DNA of 64,000 nucleotides, from positions 2,720,001 to 2,784,000 of the forward strand of contig CAWDEM010000008.1 of the NCBI GenBank assembly GCA_963801355.1, read 5' to 3'. The translations under genes and the position numbers were made by a program. Position 1 is the first letter of the stretch. Each line of letters begins with the position of its first letter. The notes beneath the pieces were generated by a model. The model did no database searches. It was not told the origin of the DNA and worked only from the letters and a program-made list of their open reading frames with translations. This stretch comes from Ignavibacteriota bacterium (lineage in GTDB: Bacteria > Bacteroidota > Ignavibacteria > UBA10030 > UBA6906). Shown in pieces: positions 38,395 to 47,427 of the stretch.

Positions 38395-38432
38395 CTTGCA
38401 TAAATATACAGAATGGTGTATTATTATGCAAG
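38395..38432. promoter_or_regulatory. Tandem ARG boxes overlapping divergent sigma70 promoters (argC and argD)
   Basis: CTTGCATAAATATACAGA-at-GGTGTATTATTATGCAAG; plus strand TTGCAT-17-TATTAT, minus strand TTGCAT-17-TATATT; argR is in the same cluster. Confidence 0.85.
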
Positions 38433-38460
38433 CATAAAAAACACCCGAAAAGAGATCCCC

Positions 38461-39639
38461 ATGACACTGCACGAACGCGACGCCGAGCTCTTCTTTCACA
38501 CCTACAAACGGCTGCCGCTCGAAATCGTCCGCGGCGAAGGCGCCTATCTGTATGCCGCGGACGGCAGACGCTACCTGGATATGTTCGGGGGAATCGCGGT
38601 CAACGCGCTCGGGTACGGCCACCCGCGCGTCCTGCAGGCGATCAACGACCAGGCCGCAAAATACATCCACCTTTCCAATTACTTCGTGCAGGAACCCCAG
38701 GTCCGCCTTGCAGAGCTCCTCACACGGCTCTCCGGTTTTCCCCGCGTCTTTTTCTGCAACAGCGGCACGGAGGCAATCGAGGGCGCACTGAAGATTGCGC
38801 GCAAGTGGGGCAGCTCCCGCGACAAACGGGACTTCGTCTCATTCAGCAACGCGTTCCACGGCCGGTCCATGGGCGCCCTGTCGGTGATGGACCGTCCGGG
38901 ATATCGCGACGGGTTCGGACCCTTTCTCCAGAACTGCACGGTGGCGCCGTTTAACGACCCCACGGCGCTGCACGGGGTTCTCGGACCGGACACCGCGGCC
39001 GTGCTGATTGAATGCATCCAGGGCGAAGGGGGAATCCGTCCGGCATCCACGGAATTCATCCATCTGCTGCAGAAGCTCCGGGCGGCTTTCGGTTTCCTCG
39101 TCATCGCCGATGAAATTCAGACGGGCGGCGGGCGGACCGGCACATTCCTCGCAAGCGAACATGCGGGCCTGCGCCCCGATATCGTCACCCTCGCCAAACC
39201 CATCGGAGGCGGATTGCCCCTCGGGGCAATCCTTGGCACAGAGTCCGTTGCTGAGGTCCTGCAACCCGGCATGCACGGCACAACGTTTGGCGGCAATCCG
39301 GTTGCTTGCGCCGCCGGGGCGGCCGTGCTCGAAGAACTCGTCGCCACCAATCTCATGCAGCAGGTAACGGACAACGGGGCCTACTTCACCGGCCGCCTCA
39401 TGCAATGCTGCTCCGATTTTCCCGCCATCTGCAAAGAAGCCAGAGGCAAGGGCTTGATGCTCGGCCTCGAACTTGCGCACGACGGTGTTCCGGTTGTCAA
39501 TGCCATGCGCGAGCGCGGTATTCTTATCAATTGCACCGACTCCACCGTCCTCCGCTTTGTCCCACCGCTCATCGTCACACGCGATCAGATCAGAGAGACC
39601 ATCGACACGCTGCGGAGCATCTTCGCTGCAGGGGTCTGA
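38461..39639 (+). CDS. argD: Acetylornithine aminotransferase
   Basis: YLDMFGGIAVNALG, NSGTEAIE, FHGRS, DEIQTGGGRTG, TLAKPIGGG, HGTTFGGNP. Confidence 0.95.
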   Translation: MTLHERDAELFFHTYKRLPLEIVRGEGAYLYAADGRRYLDMFGGIAVNALGYGHPRVLQAINDQAAKYIHLSNYFVQEPQVRLAELLTRLSGFPRVFFCNSGTEAIEGALKIARKWGSSRDKRDFVSFSNAFHGRSMGALSVMDRPGYRDGFGPFLQNCTVAPFNDPTALHGVLGPDTAAVLIECIQGEGGIRPASTEFIHLLQKLRAAFGFLVIADEIQTGGGRTGTFLASEHAGLRPDIVTLAKPIGGGLPLGAILGTESVAEVLQPGMHGTTFGGNPVACAAGAAVLEELVATNLMQQVTDNGAYFTGRLMQCCSDFPAICKEARGKGLMLGLELAHDGVPVVNAMRERGILINCTDSTVLRFVPPLIVTRDQIRETIDTLRSIFAAGV

Positions 39640-39649
39640 GCCCTACCTG

Positions 39650-39686
39650 ATTGACAATTGTCGGTGGTCGATCGACTATTGTCAAT
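39650..39686. terminator. Long hairpin after argD (terminator or processing site)
   Basis: ATTGACAAT-t-GTCGGT/ATCGAC-t-ATTGTCAAT stem; no strong U-tract. Confidence 0.5.
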
Positions 39687-39819
39687 TGGTCCGGTCCGGG
39701 CCGCACGGAACTCCCGGACATGCAACGGGTGTTCCTGTAATAGCGAATCGGGGCAGCAATTCCCCCCTTTTTTGTGTATTTTGGTACAGGAATTCCCCAA
39801 TTACGCGGGTACCAATATC

Positions 39820-40674
39820 ATGTACCGTATCGTACGCAAGCAGGACCTCGCACCGACCATCACCCGGTTTGAAATCGAGGCCCCTTTCATCGCAAAGAAA
39901 CGCAAAGCAGGCAATTTCGTCATGATCCGCGTTCATGATCACGGAGAACGCATACCTCTCACCATTGCCGACGGCGATCCGGTAGCGGGAACGATCACGC
40001 TGATCGTCCAGGCAATCGGAAAAACGACAAAGCTTCTCTGCAGCAAAGAAGCGGGGGACGCGCTGCAGGATGTCGTCGGACCCCTTGGCAATCCCACACC
40101 CATCGAGCATTTCGGCCATGTGGTTTGCGTCGGCGGCGGTGTCGGCACGGCTGAGCTCTATCCGATCGCCAGGGCGTTGCGTGACGCCGGCAACAGCGTC
40201 AGCAGCATCATCGGCGCGCGTTCCCGCGAGCTCGTTATCCTCGAAGAGGAAATGCGCGCAATCTCCAACGTTGCGTATGTCACCACCGACGACGGCTCCT
40301 ACGGGCGACACGGGTTCGTGACCGATCAACTGAAGGATATACTCGACAGTGGAACAGCCATCGGTGCCGTATTCGCCATCGGACCGCTCCCCATGATGAA
40401 AGCCGTTGCGGATCTCACCCGCGGATACGGCGTGCACACCCTTGTGTCATTGAACACCATCATGGTGGATGGCACCGGCATGTGCGGGGGGTGCCGCGTT
40501 AACATCGGCGGAGAGATGAAATTTGCCTGTGTCGACGGTCCGGAATTCGACGGTCACAAGGTTGATTTTGGTGAATTGATGATGCGCAATCGGACGTACG
40601 TGGAGATGGAGAAGCTCTCGGACGAACGCCATCGCTGCAAATTGGCAGGTCTGACACAGGAGAATGTCCGATGA
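39820..40674 (+). CDS. nfnA: NfnA/SudB, small FAD/2Fe-2S subunit of electron-bifurcating transhydrogenase
   Basis: GERIPLTIAD, GPLGNP, GGGVG, MVDGTGMCGGCRV..CVDGPEFD. Confidence 0.88.
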   Translation: MYRIVRKQDLAPTITRFEIEAPFIAKKRKAGNFVMIRVHDHGERIPLTIADGDPVAGTITLIVQAIGKTTKLLCSKEAGDALQDVVGPLGNPTPIEHFGHVVCVGGGVGTAELYPIARALRDAGNSVSSIIGARSRELVILEEEMRAISNVAYVTTDDGSYGRHGFVTDQLKDILDSGTAIGAVFAIGPLPMMKAVADLTRGYGVHTLVSLNTIMVDGTGMCGGCRVNIGGEMKFACVDGPEFDGHKVDFGELMMRNRTYVEMEKLSDERHRCKLAGLTQENVR

Positions 40675-42092
40675 GTCCTGTGAACCCGCTGAAACCCTCA
40701 GAGCGGATGAAAATCCCCCGGCAGGAGCCGATCGAACAGGCGGCTGCCGAGCGCCAGACCAACTTTCTGGAAGTCTCATTCGGCTTTGACGAGGAGCGCT
40801 CCATTGTCGAAGCAGAACGATGCCTCGACTGCAAGCAGCCGCTCTGCATCGACGGGTGTCCCGTCGGCATCAACATCCCCGGTTTCATCACACGCATCCT
40901 TCAGAAGGACTATGTCGGGGCTGTGAACATGATCCGTGAGGCGAACTACCTGCCGGCCATTTGCGGACGCGTCTGCCCCCAGGAAACCCAGTGCGAGGCG
41001 CTCTGCGTGCTCGGGAAGAAGCTCACACCGGTAGCGATTGGAAAACTCGAGCGCTTTGTCGCGGACTTCGAAATGCAGCACGACCTCTTCACGCCGCCGG
41101 TGATCACCGAGAGGCGCGATGAGAAGGTGGCCATCGTCGGTTCCGGGCCGGCCGGTCTCACCTGTGCTTCTGAACTCGCCCGCAGGGGATACAAGGTGAC
41201 GGTATTTGAAGCCCTGCACGCGGTCGGCGGCGTGCTGCGCTACGGGATCCCCGAGTTCCGCCTTCCCAAGGAAATCCTGGACGTAGAAACCGAGCGGATC
41301 AAGGCCCTGGGTGTGGAGATCCAGACGAATTTTGTGATCGGGCGGACAGCGACCATCGATGAACTGTTTGACGAATGGGGGTTCAAAGCCATTTTTCTTG
41401 CGACGGGAGCCGGCACACCGACGTTCATGGGCATCCCCGGTGAGAATCTGAGCGGGGTCTACTCGGCCAACGAGTTCCTGACGCGCGTAAACCTCATGGG
41501 TGCCTACCAATTCCCCGACTTCGACACACCGATCCGGATCGGCAGGAGTGTCGCGGTCATTGGGGGCGGCAACACCGCGATGGATGCGGTCCGCACTGCA
41601 AAGCGCCTGGGTGCCGAACATGCGTACCTGATTTACCGGCGGTCACGGGCTGAAATGCCGGCCCGACAGGAGGAAATCCACCATGCAGAGCAGGAGGGCA
41701 TCGAACTCCTTCTGCTCACTAATCCGATCCGCATCCTGGGCGACGCCAACAGCTGGGTGTGCGGCATCGAGTGCCAGCGGATGGAACTCGGGGAACCGGA
41801 TGAATCCGGACGCCGCCGTCCCGTGCCCGTCAAAGGATCAGAATTTGTCGTGGAGATTCAAACGCTTGTCGAAGCTATCGGTCAGAAACCGAATCCGATC
41901 ATACAATCCACGACGCCGGGGTTGGATACGAGCAAGCGGGGAACGGTGGTCACCAATGAGCAGCAGGCAACAAGTCGTCCGGGGATCTTTGCAGGCGGGG
42001 ACCTTTCACGGGGGGGTGCAACGGTGATCCTTGCCATGCGCGACGGCAAGAACGCGGCCGCAGCTATTCACGCCTATCTGCAGAAGCAGTAA
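40671..42092 (+). CDS. nfnB: NfnB/SudA (GltD-like NADPH-dependent subunit)
   Basis: [52 protein letters not shown]; ATGA-coupled to nfnA; no GltB nearby. Confidence 0.88.
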   Translation: MSPVNPLKPSERMKIPRQEPIEQAAAERQTNFLEVSFGFDEERSIVEAERCLDCKQPLCIDGCPVGINIPGFITRILQKDYVGAVNMIREANYLPAICGRVCPQETQCEALCVLGKKLTPVAIGKLERFVADFEMQHDLFTPPVITERRDEKVAIVGSGPAGLTCASELARRGYKVTVFEALHAVGGVLRYGIPEFRLPKEILDVETERIKALGVEIQTNFVIGRTATIDELFDEWGFKAIFLATGAGTPTFMGIPGENLSGVYSANEFLTRVNLMGAYQFPDFDTPIRIGRSVAVIGGGNTAMDAVRTAKRLGAEHAYLIYRRSRAEMPARQEEIHHAEQEGIELLLLTNPIRILGDANSWVCGIECQRMELGEPDESGRRRPVPVKGSEFVVEIQTLVEAIGQKPNPIIQSTTPGLDTSKRGTVVTNEQQATSRPGIFAGGDLSRGGATVILAMRDGKNAAAAIHAYLQKQ

Positions 42093-42288
42093 CATCGGGC
42101 GGCGGGGAACCATTCCCTCCGCCATTGGGGTGCGGCGCCGGTGGTTTTGCTTCGATCCGTATAATGCGGATGCCGGTGGGTGCCTCAATGCCGATTTTCA
42201 CCTGACCTCCGCGAATTGCAATCACTTTGACGGTGATGTCATCACCGATTTGGATCGCCTCGGTCGCTTTGCGCGCGAGAACAAGCAT
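42064..42288 (-). CDS. csrA: Carbon storage regulator CsrA
   Basis: [39 protein letters not shown]; directly after fliW. Confidence 0.9.
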   Translation of the reverse strand: MLVLARKATEAIQIGDDITVKVIAIRGGQVKIGIEAPTGIRIIRIEAKPPAPHPNGGGNGSPPPDVTASADRRE

Positions 42289-42290
42289 GG

Positions 42291-42710
42291 TCACTCCGTG
42301 GTCTCGTGAAGTTGTTGACGGGCCACGGGATGGCGTTCCGGCAACGAGGGATCATCCAGCGTCACCTGCTCGCCCGTCATCTCTGCTGTGTTGATCAGTA
42401 TCGGGTGGCGCAAATCGAGCCACCAGGCCACATCACCGCTCCCCGGCGTCGCCACGACAAACGTGATGGTTGCATCCTTCTGTCGTGCGGCCGGACTCAC
42501 CGCATCCTCCAAGACCACCACGGGGTCAAGGATGGTGATTGCACACTCGGGCCGCTCGACGCAGATGAGCCACTGAAACGGCGTGCTCCCGGGATCGCCG
42601 ATCACTACACAATGACAGCATCCCGGGACATTGAGCACTCCGGCCGGGAACAGCACCATCCGCTCCTCCGGCACGTCAACCGTGCCGAAGTGTTTCGTCG
42701 CGATCATCAT
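42291..42710 (-). CDS. fliW: Flagellar assembly factor FliW (divergent)
   Basis: TKHFGTVDV...[19 protein letters not shown]...GEQV; next to csrA. Confidence 0.8.
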   Translation of the reverse strand: MMIATKHFGTVDVPEERMVLFPAGVLNVPGCCHCVVIGDPGSTPFQWLICVERPECAITILDPVVVLEDAVSPAARQKDATITFVVATPGSGDVAWWLDLRHPILINTAEMTGEQVTLDDPSLPERHPVARQQLHETTE

Positions 42711-43462
42711 GTGCCTTCCCCTTCCGCCCCGGGACGCAGCGGAGCCAGCGAAATGGACTGCAGGGGGACGTTCCGCATGCCGGTCGCGACAATCACGATA
42801 TCCACCCGCCGGTTGCGTGCGCGGTTTTCCGCGCTGCTGTTCGGCGCGAGGGGCTGGAATTCCGAATACCCCACCACCGACACCCGCTCCTGTGTTAATC
42901 CGTGCCGCTCGATCAGGTAGTAGGCGACGTTCAAGGCGCGAGCTACCGAGAGGTGCCAGTTCGAAGGGAACTGCTCCGTGTTGATCGGAACATTATCCGT
43001 GTGTCCCTCGACCCGTAGATCGTTCGGCAGGGAGCGCAGCACCGACGCGAGCGTGTCCAGTGTGAGCAATGACGTCTGTTTGAGTTCTGCACTGCCCGAA
43101 GGAAACAGCAGCTCTTCCATGATGTGCACCGTGACGCCACGCTCGTTCTCCGTGATGGCGATCGGCAGATCTCGCTGATCCAGCCGGAGGGCCGCGCTGA
43201 TTTCCTGGGTGACGCGCTGCTTCTCCGCTTGCAGGGCGGTGGCGGGATTTTCCAGAATCGCAGGATTCCCCGTCAGGATGCCGCGGGGCGAGCCAAACAC
43301 GCCGCTGAGCGCCGAGACTACTTCCGAGTACTTGCCGGCATCGATTTTCGACATCGCATAGAGAATCACAAACAATCCGAGCAACAGCGTGATAAGATCG
43401 GCATAGGTCAACAGCCACCGGTCGGAGTTTTCCGGCTCGGGATGTTTGTGTGGGTGTCTCAT
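42707..43462 (-). CDS. motB: Flagellar stator MotB
   Basis: WLLTYADLITLLLGLFVILYAMS; OmpA-like domain VEGHTDN, NWHLS, NRRVDI. Confidence 0.95.
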   Translation of the reverse strand: MRHPHKHPEPENSDRWLLTYADLITLLLGLFVILYAMSKIDAGKYSEVVSALSGVFGSPRGILTGNPAILENPATALQAEKQRVTQEISAALRLDQRDLPIAITENERGVTVHIMEELLFPSGSAELKQTSLLTLDTLASVLRSLPNDLRVEGHTDNVPINTEQFPSNWHLSVARALNVAYYLIERHGLTQERVSVVGYSEFQPLAPNSSAENRARNRRVDIVIVATGMRNVPLQSISLAPLRPGAEGEGT

Positions 43463-44241
43463 CGTGTGCTCGGATCCTGTTGCTCTTCGGGCAACATGCT
43501 ATACAGTTTCGCTTTGATCACGGAGGGTATTTCTCCGGCCTGAATCGAAAGGATGCCTTCCACAATCAGGTCCATGAACAGGTACTCTTCGTTGTGAATA
43601 TGCCGCAGCTTATCTGCGATGGGAAGCCACACCAGATTCGCCATGAACACCCCCCAGAGGGTCGCGACAAATGCGCTTCCGATGTGGCGGATGAGTACAT
43701 CGGGATCGCTTCCCGCCGCCGCGAGGGTGGCGATCAAACCCATCACCGTGCCGATGATGCCCATGGTCGGGGAATAACCGCCCATTTTCTGGAAGAGCAT
43801 TGCCCCGTTTGCGTGACGTTCTGCGACGTACCGCACCTCATTCTCCGCCAGCGTGCGCAGCACCTCCGGTTCCGTTCCGTCTATGGCAAAACGGAGGATC
43901 TTCCGCATGAAGGTGTTTGATACGCCATCCAGTTCCTTCTCGAGGGCGAGGAGCCCGTCGCGGCGCGCAATCGTCGAAAAGCGGACGATTGCCTGGATAG
44001 CTTCCTCCACGGCAAACACGGGCGGGCTCACAACGATTCTGAGCATGTCCCCGATTTTCATAAATGCTTTCAGCGACGTGCCGATCATCGCCGCGGCGAA
44101 CGTGCCGACAAACACAATCAACATGGCCGGTCCCAGCAGGATCCCTTCCAGGTTCCCTCCCTCCCAGAGGAATGACCCGAAGACCCCGAGCAGGCCGAGG
44201 CTCAGTCCGACGACGGTCGTAATATCAATGTTTCTGCGCAT
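43459..44241 (-). CDS. motA: Flagellar stator MotA
   Basis: ARRDGLLALE, GGYSPTMGIIGTVMGLI, AFVATLWG, EGILSIQAGE. Confidence 0.95.
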   Translation of the reverse strand: MRRNIDITTVVGLSLGLLGVFGSFLWEGGNLEGILLGPAMLIVFVGTFAAAMIGTSLKAFMKIGDMLRIVVSPPVFAVEEAIQAIVRFSTIARRDGLLALEKELDGVSNTFMRKILRFAIDGTEPEVLRTLAENEVRYVAERHANGAMLFQKMGGYSPTMGIIGTVMGLIATLAAAGSDPDVLIRHIGSAFVATLWGVFMANLVWLPIADKLRHIHNEEYLFMDLIVEGILSIQAGEIPSVIKAKLYSMLPEEQQDPSTR

Positions 44242-44242
44242 G

Positions 44243-45514
44243 CTATCCCAGGAAGTCCAGTAGTGATTTCGGAATGATCTTGGCCGCTGCACTCAACGTT
44301 GCCTCCAGCGTGACCTGTTCCTGCTTGAGTTTCAAGCCGATCTCGGTGAGATCCACACCCTGTCGCGCCTCCAGGAGGTCCAGCAGAAGCTCCTTCTGCG
44401 AAGTCAGACACGCATCAGCGGTTTCCAGGGAATCGTAGAGCGTTCCTGCACGTGCCTGCTCGCGCATGATGACGTTCTGCATGACGCCGATCATGGCGAC
44501 ATCATCGGCACCGGGCGGGTTGCCCGCGCGGAGGGCATCACGCACGGCCATCAGCGCGTTAAACACCGAGACCTCCGTGTGCGCTCCGTTGAACGTCGAG
44601 GCCCCTCCGGGGGGGGTGCCCTCACTCAACCCCGCGCAGTCCATCATGAGTGTCATGGCCGGGGCGGCCTGCATCGGCGGCGTCGCTGTGGGCGTGAAAA
44701 TCAGCGGTGCACCCCGCACGAAAGATTCCACTGTCCCCGTGGCAGGATCAAATGTCAACGATGCCGCGCCTCCGGAAATCGTTGCATCGGTCGCACCACC
44801 GGGCATCACCGCAGTGAGCGACCAGCTGTGTGCGCCGGTCTTCCGCATGACCATTTCCACCTCATGCGTGATGCCGTTCCCATCCGTGACGCTTACCTTG
44901 TTCGACACGATCGTATTCACCGGAGCCGTCGCATCCAGGATTCCTGAGAACGTAATCTTCCCCGTGGAGGCGAATGCCGCGGCGCCGCTCACATTCACCG
45001 CAGAAGAGATACCATCGCCCACCTGGAACCTGATGGAGCCCGTATTCCCCTGGTAGTCCACCGTTGCCGGCACGCCGGCGCGCACAAACGGGGGTGACAT
45101 CGTAGCGGTCCCGCCGAATAGGTATTTGCCTCCGAACCGGGTGTTGGCGACGTCCACCGCCATGTTGACGTACTGGTCCATTGAATCCGCCAGCTCCATG
45201 CACAGAGAACTGTCCGCGGTTGTTACTCCGGCGAGCAGACCTTTGACGTCCTTTAGGATATCGGAGACTTTGCCCAGACTGTCCGACGTCATCTTCAGGG
45301 TGTTCTTCCCGTTGACCACATTGCGTGCGTACGATTCCACCCGGGCGAGGTCGGCGTTCAGGCGCAGCACGGCACCGGCCGCGGCCGGGTCGTCCGAAAC
45401 CTTCTGGATCCGCTTCTGCGTCGCCAGCTGCACATTCAGCCGGCTGATCCGTTCTCTGCTCCTGGTCAGGTTGGCCAGCATATCTGCGACGATCGTGTTG
45501 TTCGTTATGCGCAT
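44243..45514 (-). CDS. flgL: Hook-associated protein FlgL with an internal FlgE-D2-like insert
   Basis: MRITNN..LATQKRIQKVSDDP, ANTRFGGKYLFGGT, C-terminal SLLDFLG; follows flgK. Confidence 0.88.
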   Translation of the reverse strand: MRITNNTIVADMLANLTRSRERISRLNVQLATQKRIQKVSDDPAAAGAVLRLNADLARVESYARNVVNGKNTLKMTSDSLGKVSDILKDVKGLLAGVTTADSSLCMELADSMDQYVNMAVDVANTRFGGKYLFGGTATMSPPFVRAGVPATVDYQGNTGSIRFQVGDGISSAVNVSGAAAFASTGKITFSGILDATAPVNTIVSNKVSVTDGNGITHEVEMVMRKTGAHSWSLTAVMPGGATDATISGGAASLTFDPATGTVESFVRGAPLIFTPTATPPMQAAPAMTLMMDCAGLSEGTPPGGASTFNGAHTEVSVFNALMAVRDALRAGNPPGADDVAMIGVMQNVIMREQARAGTLYDSLETADACLTSQKELLLDLLEARQGVDLTEIGLKLKQEQVTLEATLSAAAKIIPKSLLDFLG

Positions 45515-45516
45515 GG

Positions 45517-46956
45517 CTATACCATTTCGAGGAGTGTGGTGTACATTTCGTTGACGGTGGACACCATCTTGGCCGCCGCATCGTAGGCATTCTGGAACTT
45601 GATCATATTCGCCATTTCCTCATCGAGAGAGACTCCCGCAACGGCTTCCTGCTGCGCGGCAAGCTGCGATAGGAAGAGTTCCTGCGACGTCATGGTCGCG
45701 CCGGTCGCATTGACCGATGATCCGATGCCTGTGACGATCTGGTTGTAGAATTCTGACAGTGACAGTCCGCCGAGCAGGGTCACGCCGCCGGATGACGCCA
45801 GCGGCCGCTTGTCCAGAATACCCGAGATCAGCAGCGCGATGCTGTTGTCCCCTGTGGCGGCAGGGTTGGACGATGCCGCGATGTTGTCGATGCTCGGATT
45901 ACTCCCCGGCACATCGCTGGGATCCGTCAGATCAATTGCCATGGATGCAGCATCCGTTCCCATGAAGAACCGTACGCCGGTGTGCGGAGGTTGTTGCCGG
46001 CCGTATCCGGCGGTATGCTGCTCGTTCACCGCGGCAATGATCGCCCCGGCGAGCTGGTCGAGACGTCCCATCGTATCCGGGAGGGTGCTATTGAATGCAT
46101 TCAGGATGCTGCCGGCCTCTCCGCCGTGCAGGTCGACGTCGATGCCGCCGGATGCGGTCACGACCCGCAACTGCTCAAAGCTCGTTCCTGAGATTGTGGC
46201 GGGGGTTCCGGACGTGACTTTCAGGGCCAGAACAGTGCCGCTGCCTGCAATCAGTGTCCCGCCGAGCGATACCATGACTGCACCGTTACTCCCCCCGGAC
46301 ACCGTGATGTTGGCAAGTCCGGAGAGTTCGGCAATCTTGCTGTCACGGAGGTCCTGCAGGTCTCCGGCGCCCGACCCGTTCGTCATGCCGGTGCCGATGG
46401 TGACGTTGAGATCGCTGATCTCCTTAGCGAGGGCGTTTATCCGTTCGATCCTGGCGGTGAGTTCACCGGGCAGGGCGCTCCGCTGTGTCGTGAGTTGACC
46501 GGAGAGGCGGTGAAACGTGTCGGTCAACGCCTGTCCCTGTGCCAGCACGGCATTCCGGGAGACGGCATCTTCCGGGTTCGTCGAAAGATCCTGCCAGGCC
46601 GCGAAGAACTGACTGAGGCCCGTGCTCAGCGATGCATCCGACGGTTCGTTAAACATTGCTTCAATCTGGCTCAGGATCTGGTAATCCGAAGATGCCAGCC
46701 CGAGTGCAGTGTTTGCGGAGCGGATTTGCTGGTCGATGAACCGGTCCCGCATGCGCGACACCGTCTGCACAGTCACGCCGGTTCCCAGGAACCCGTGCGC
46801 GGTCTGAAGAGGCGCGGTCGCCGAGAGATTGGCACGTTGCCGGGAATACCCTGCTGTGCCCGCGTTGGCAATATTGTGTCCGGTCACGCTCATGCCGTAC
46901 TGCTGGGTCATCAGTGCCCGCCGTGCCGTCTCCAGAAGCTGTGATATGCCGCTCAT
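45517..46956 (-). CDS. flgK: Hook-associated protein FlgK
   Basis: TGHNIANAGTAGYSRQ, GVSLDEEMANMIKFQNAYDAAAK. Confidence 0.95.
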   Translation of the reverse strand: MSGISQLLETARRALMTQQYGMSVTGHNIANAGTAGYSRQRANLSATAPLQTAHGFLGTGVTVQTVSRMRDRFIDQQIRSANTALGLASSDYQILSQIEAMFNEPSDASLSTGLSQFFAAWQDLSTNPEDAVSRNAVLAQGQALTDTFHRLSGQLTTQRSALPGELTARIERINALAKEISDLNVTIGTGMTNGSGAGDLQDLRDSKIAELSGLANITVSGGSNGAVMVSLGGTLIAGSGTVLALKVTSGTPATISGTSFEQLRVVTASGGIDVDLHGGEAGSILNAFNSTLPDTMGRLDQLAGAIIAAVNEQHTAGYGRQQPPHTGVRFFMGTDAASMAIDLTDPSDVPGSNPSIDNIAASSNPAATGDNSIALLISGILDKRPLASSGGVTLLGGLSLSEFYNQIVTGIGSSVNATGATMTSQELFLSQLAAQQEAVAGVSLDEEMANMIKFQNAYDAAAKMVSTVNEMYTTLLEMV

Positions 46957-46971
46957 ACACCCTCCTCTTCG

Positions 46972-47427
46972 TTACATGCGATGGTCGACCAGTTGCCGCG
47001 TGTGGTCTTCGGTGACCAGACGCAGGGTCTCTTGCACGAATCGCACCGAGCGTTGCAGCAGTATACGGGTATGCTCGTTCATGTGAATGATGCGTTCCGA
47101 GACCGTCCGCAGGCGCGCGGACATCGTCGCGATGCGTACGGCATCAGACGGCGCGAGATGCTGCAGCAGTTCCTTCAACGTCACGGTCGGCCCTTCCGTG
47201 CATTCCGGAGACTGTCCGCTGAGTTCACGGGTGAGGCGGACGCGCCGCTCTTCCAGTTGTTGAAACGGCCGGAGCACTCCCTCTTCCTGCAGCACCAGGG
47301 AAGTGAGGTTGTCGCCGTGCAGACCGATAATGGACTGTTGTTTACGGGTCATCACCTGCAGCAACGATTCGCCGAGCTCCACTTCCGACTCCATCACCCG
47401 TTCGAGTTCTTCAATCATTGTCGCCAT
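46972..47427 (-). CDS. flgN: Flagellar export chaperone FlgN
   Basis: Helical protein with LEERR..L, TLKELL, N..LL..S; directly upstream of flgK. Confidence 0.8.
   Translation of the reverse strand: MATMIEELERVMESEVELGESLLQVMTRKQQSIIGLHGDNLTSLVLQEEGVLRPFQQLEERRVRLTRELSGQSPECTEGPTVTLKELLQHLAPSDAVRIATMSARLRTVSERIIHMNEHTRILLQRSVRFVQETLRLVTEDHTRQLVDHRM

Noticed and set aside
39772-39789. Possible Rex operator upstream of nfnA (TTGTGTATTTTGGTACAG)
   Set aside because: Too many mismatches to TTGTGAA-N4-TTCACAA, especially in the right arm.
40671-42092. Glutamate synthase small subunit (gltD)
   Set aside because: No large subunit; coupling to a SudB/NfnA-type gene indicates NfnB.
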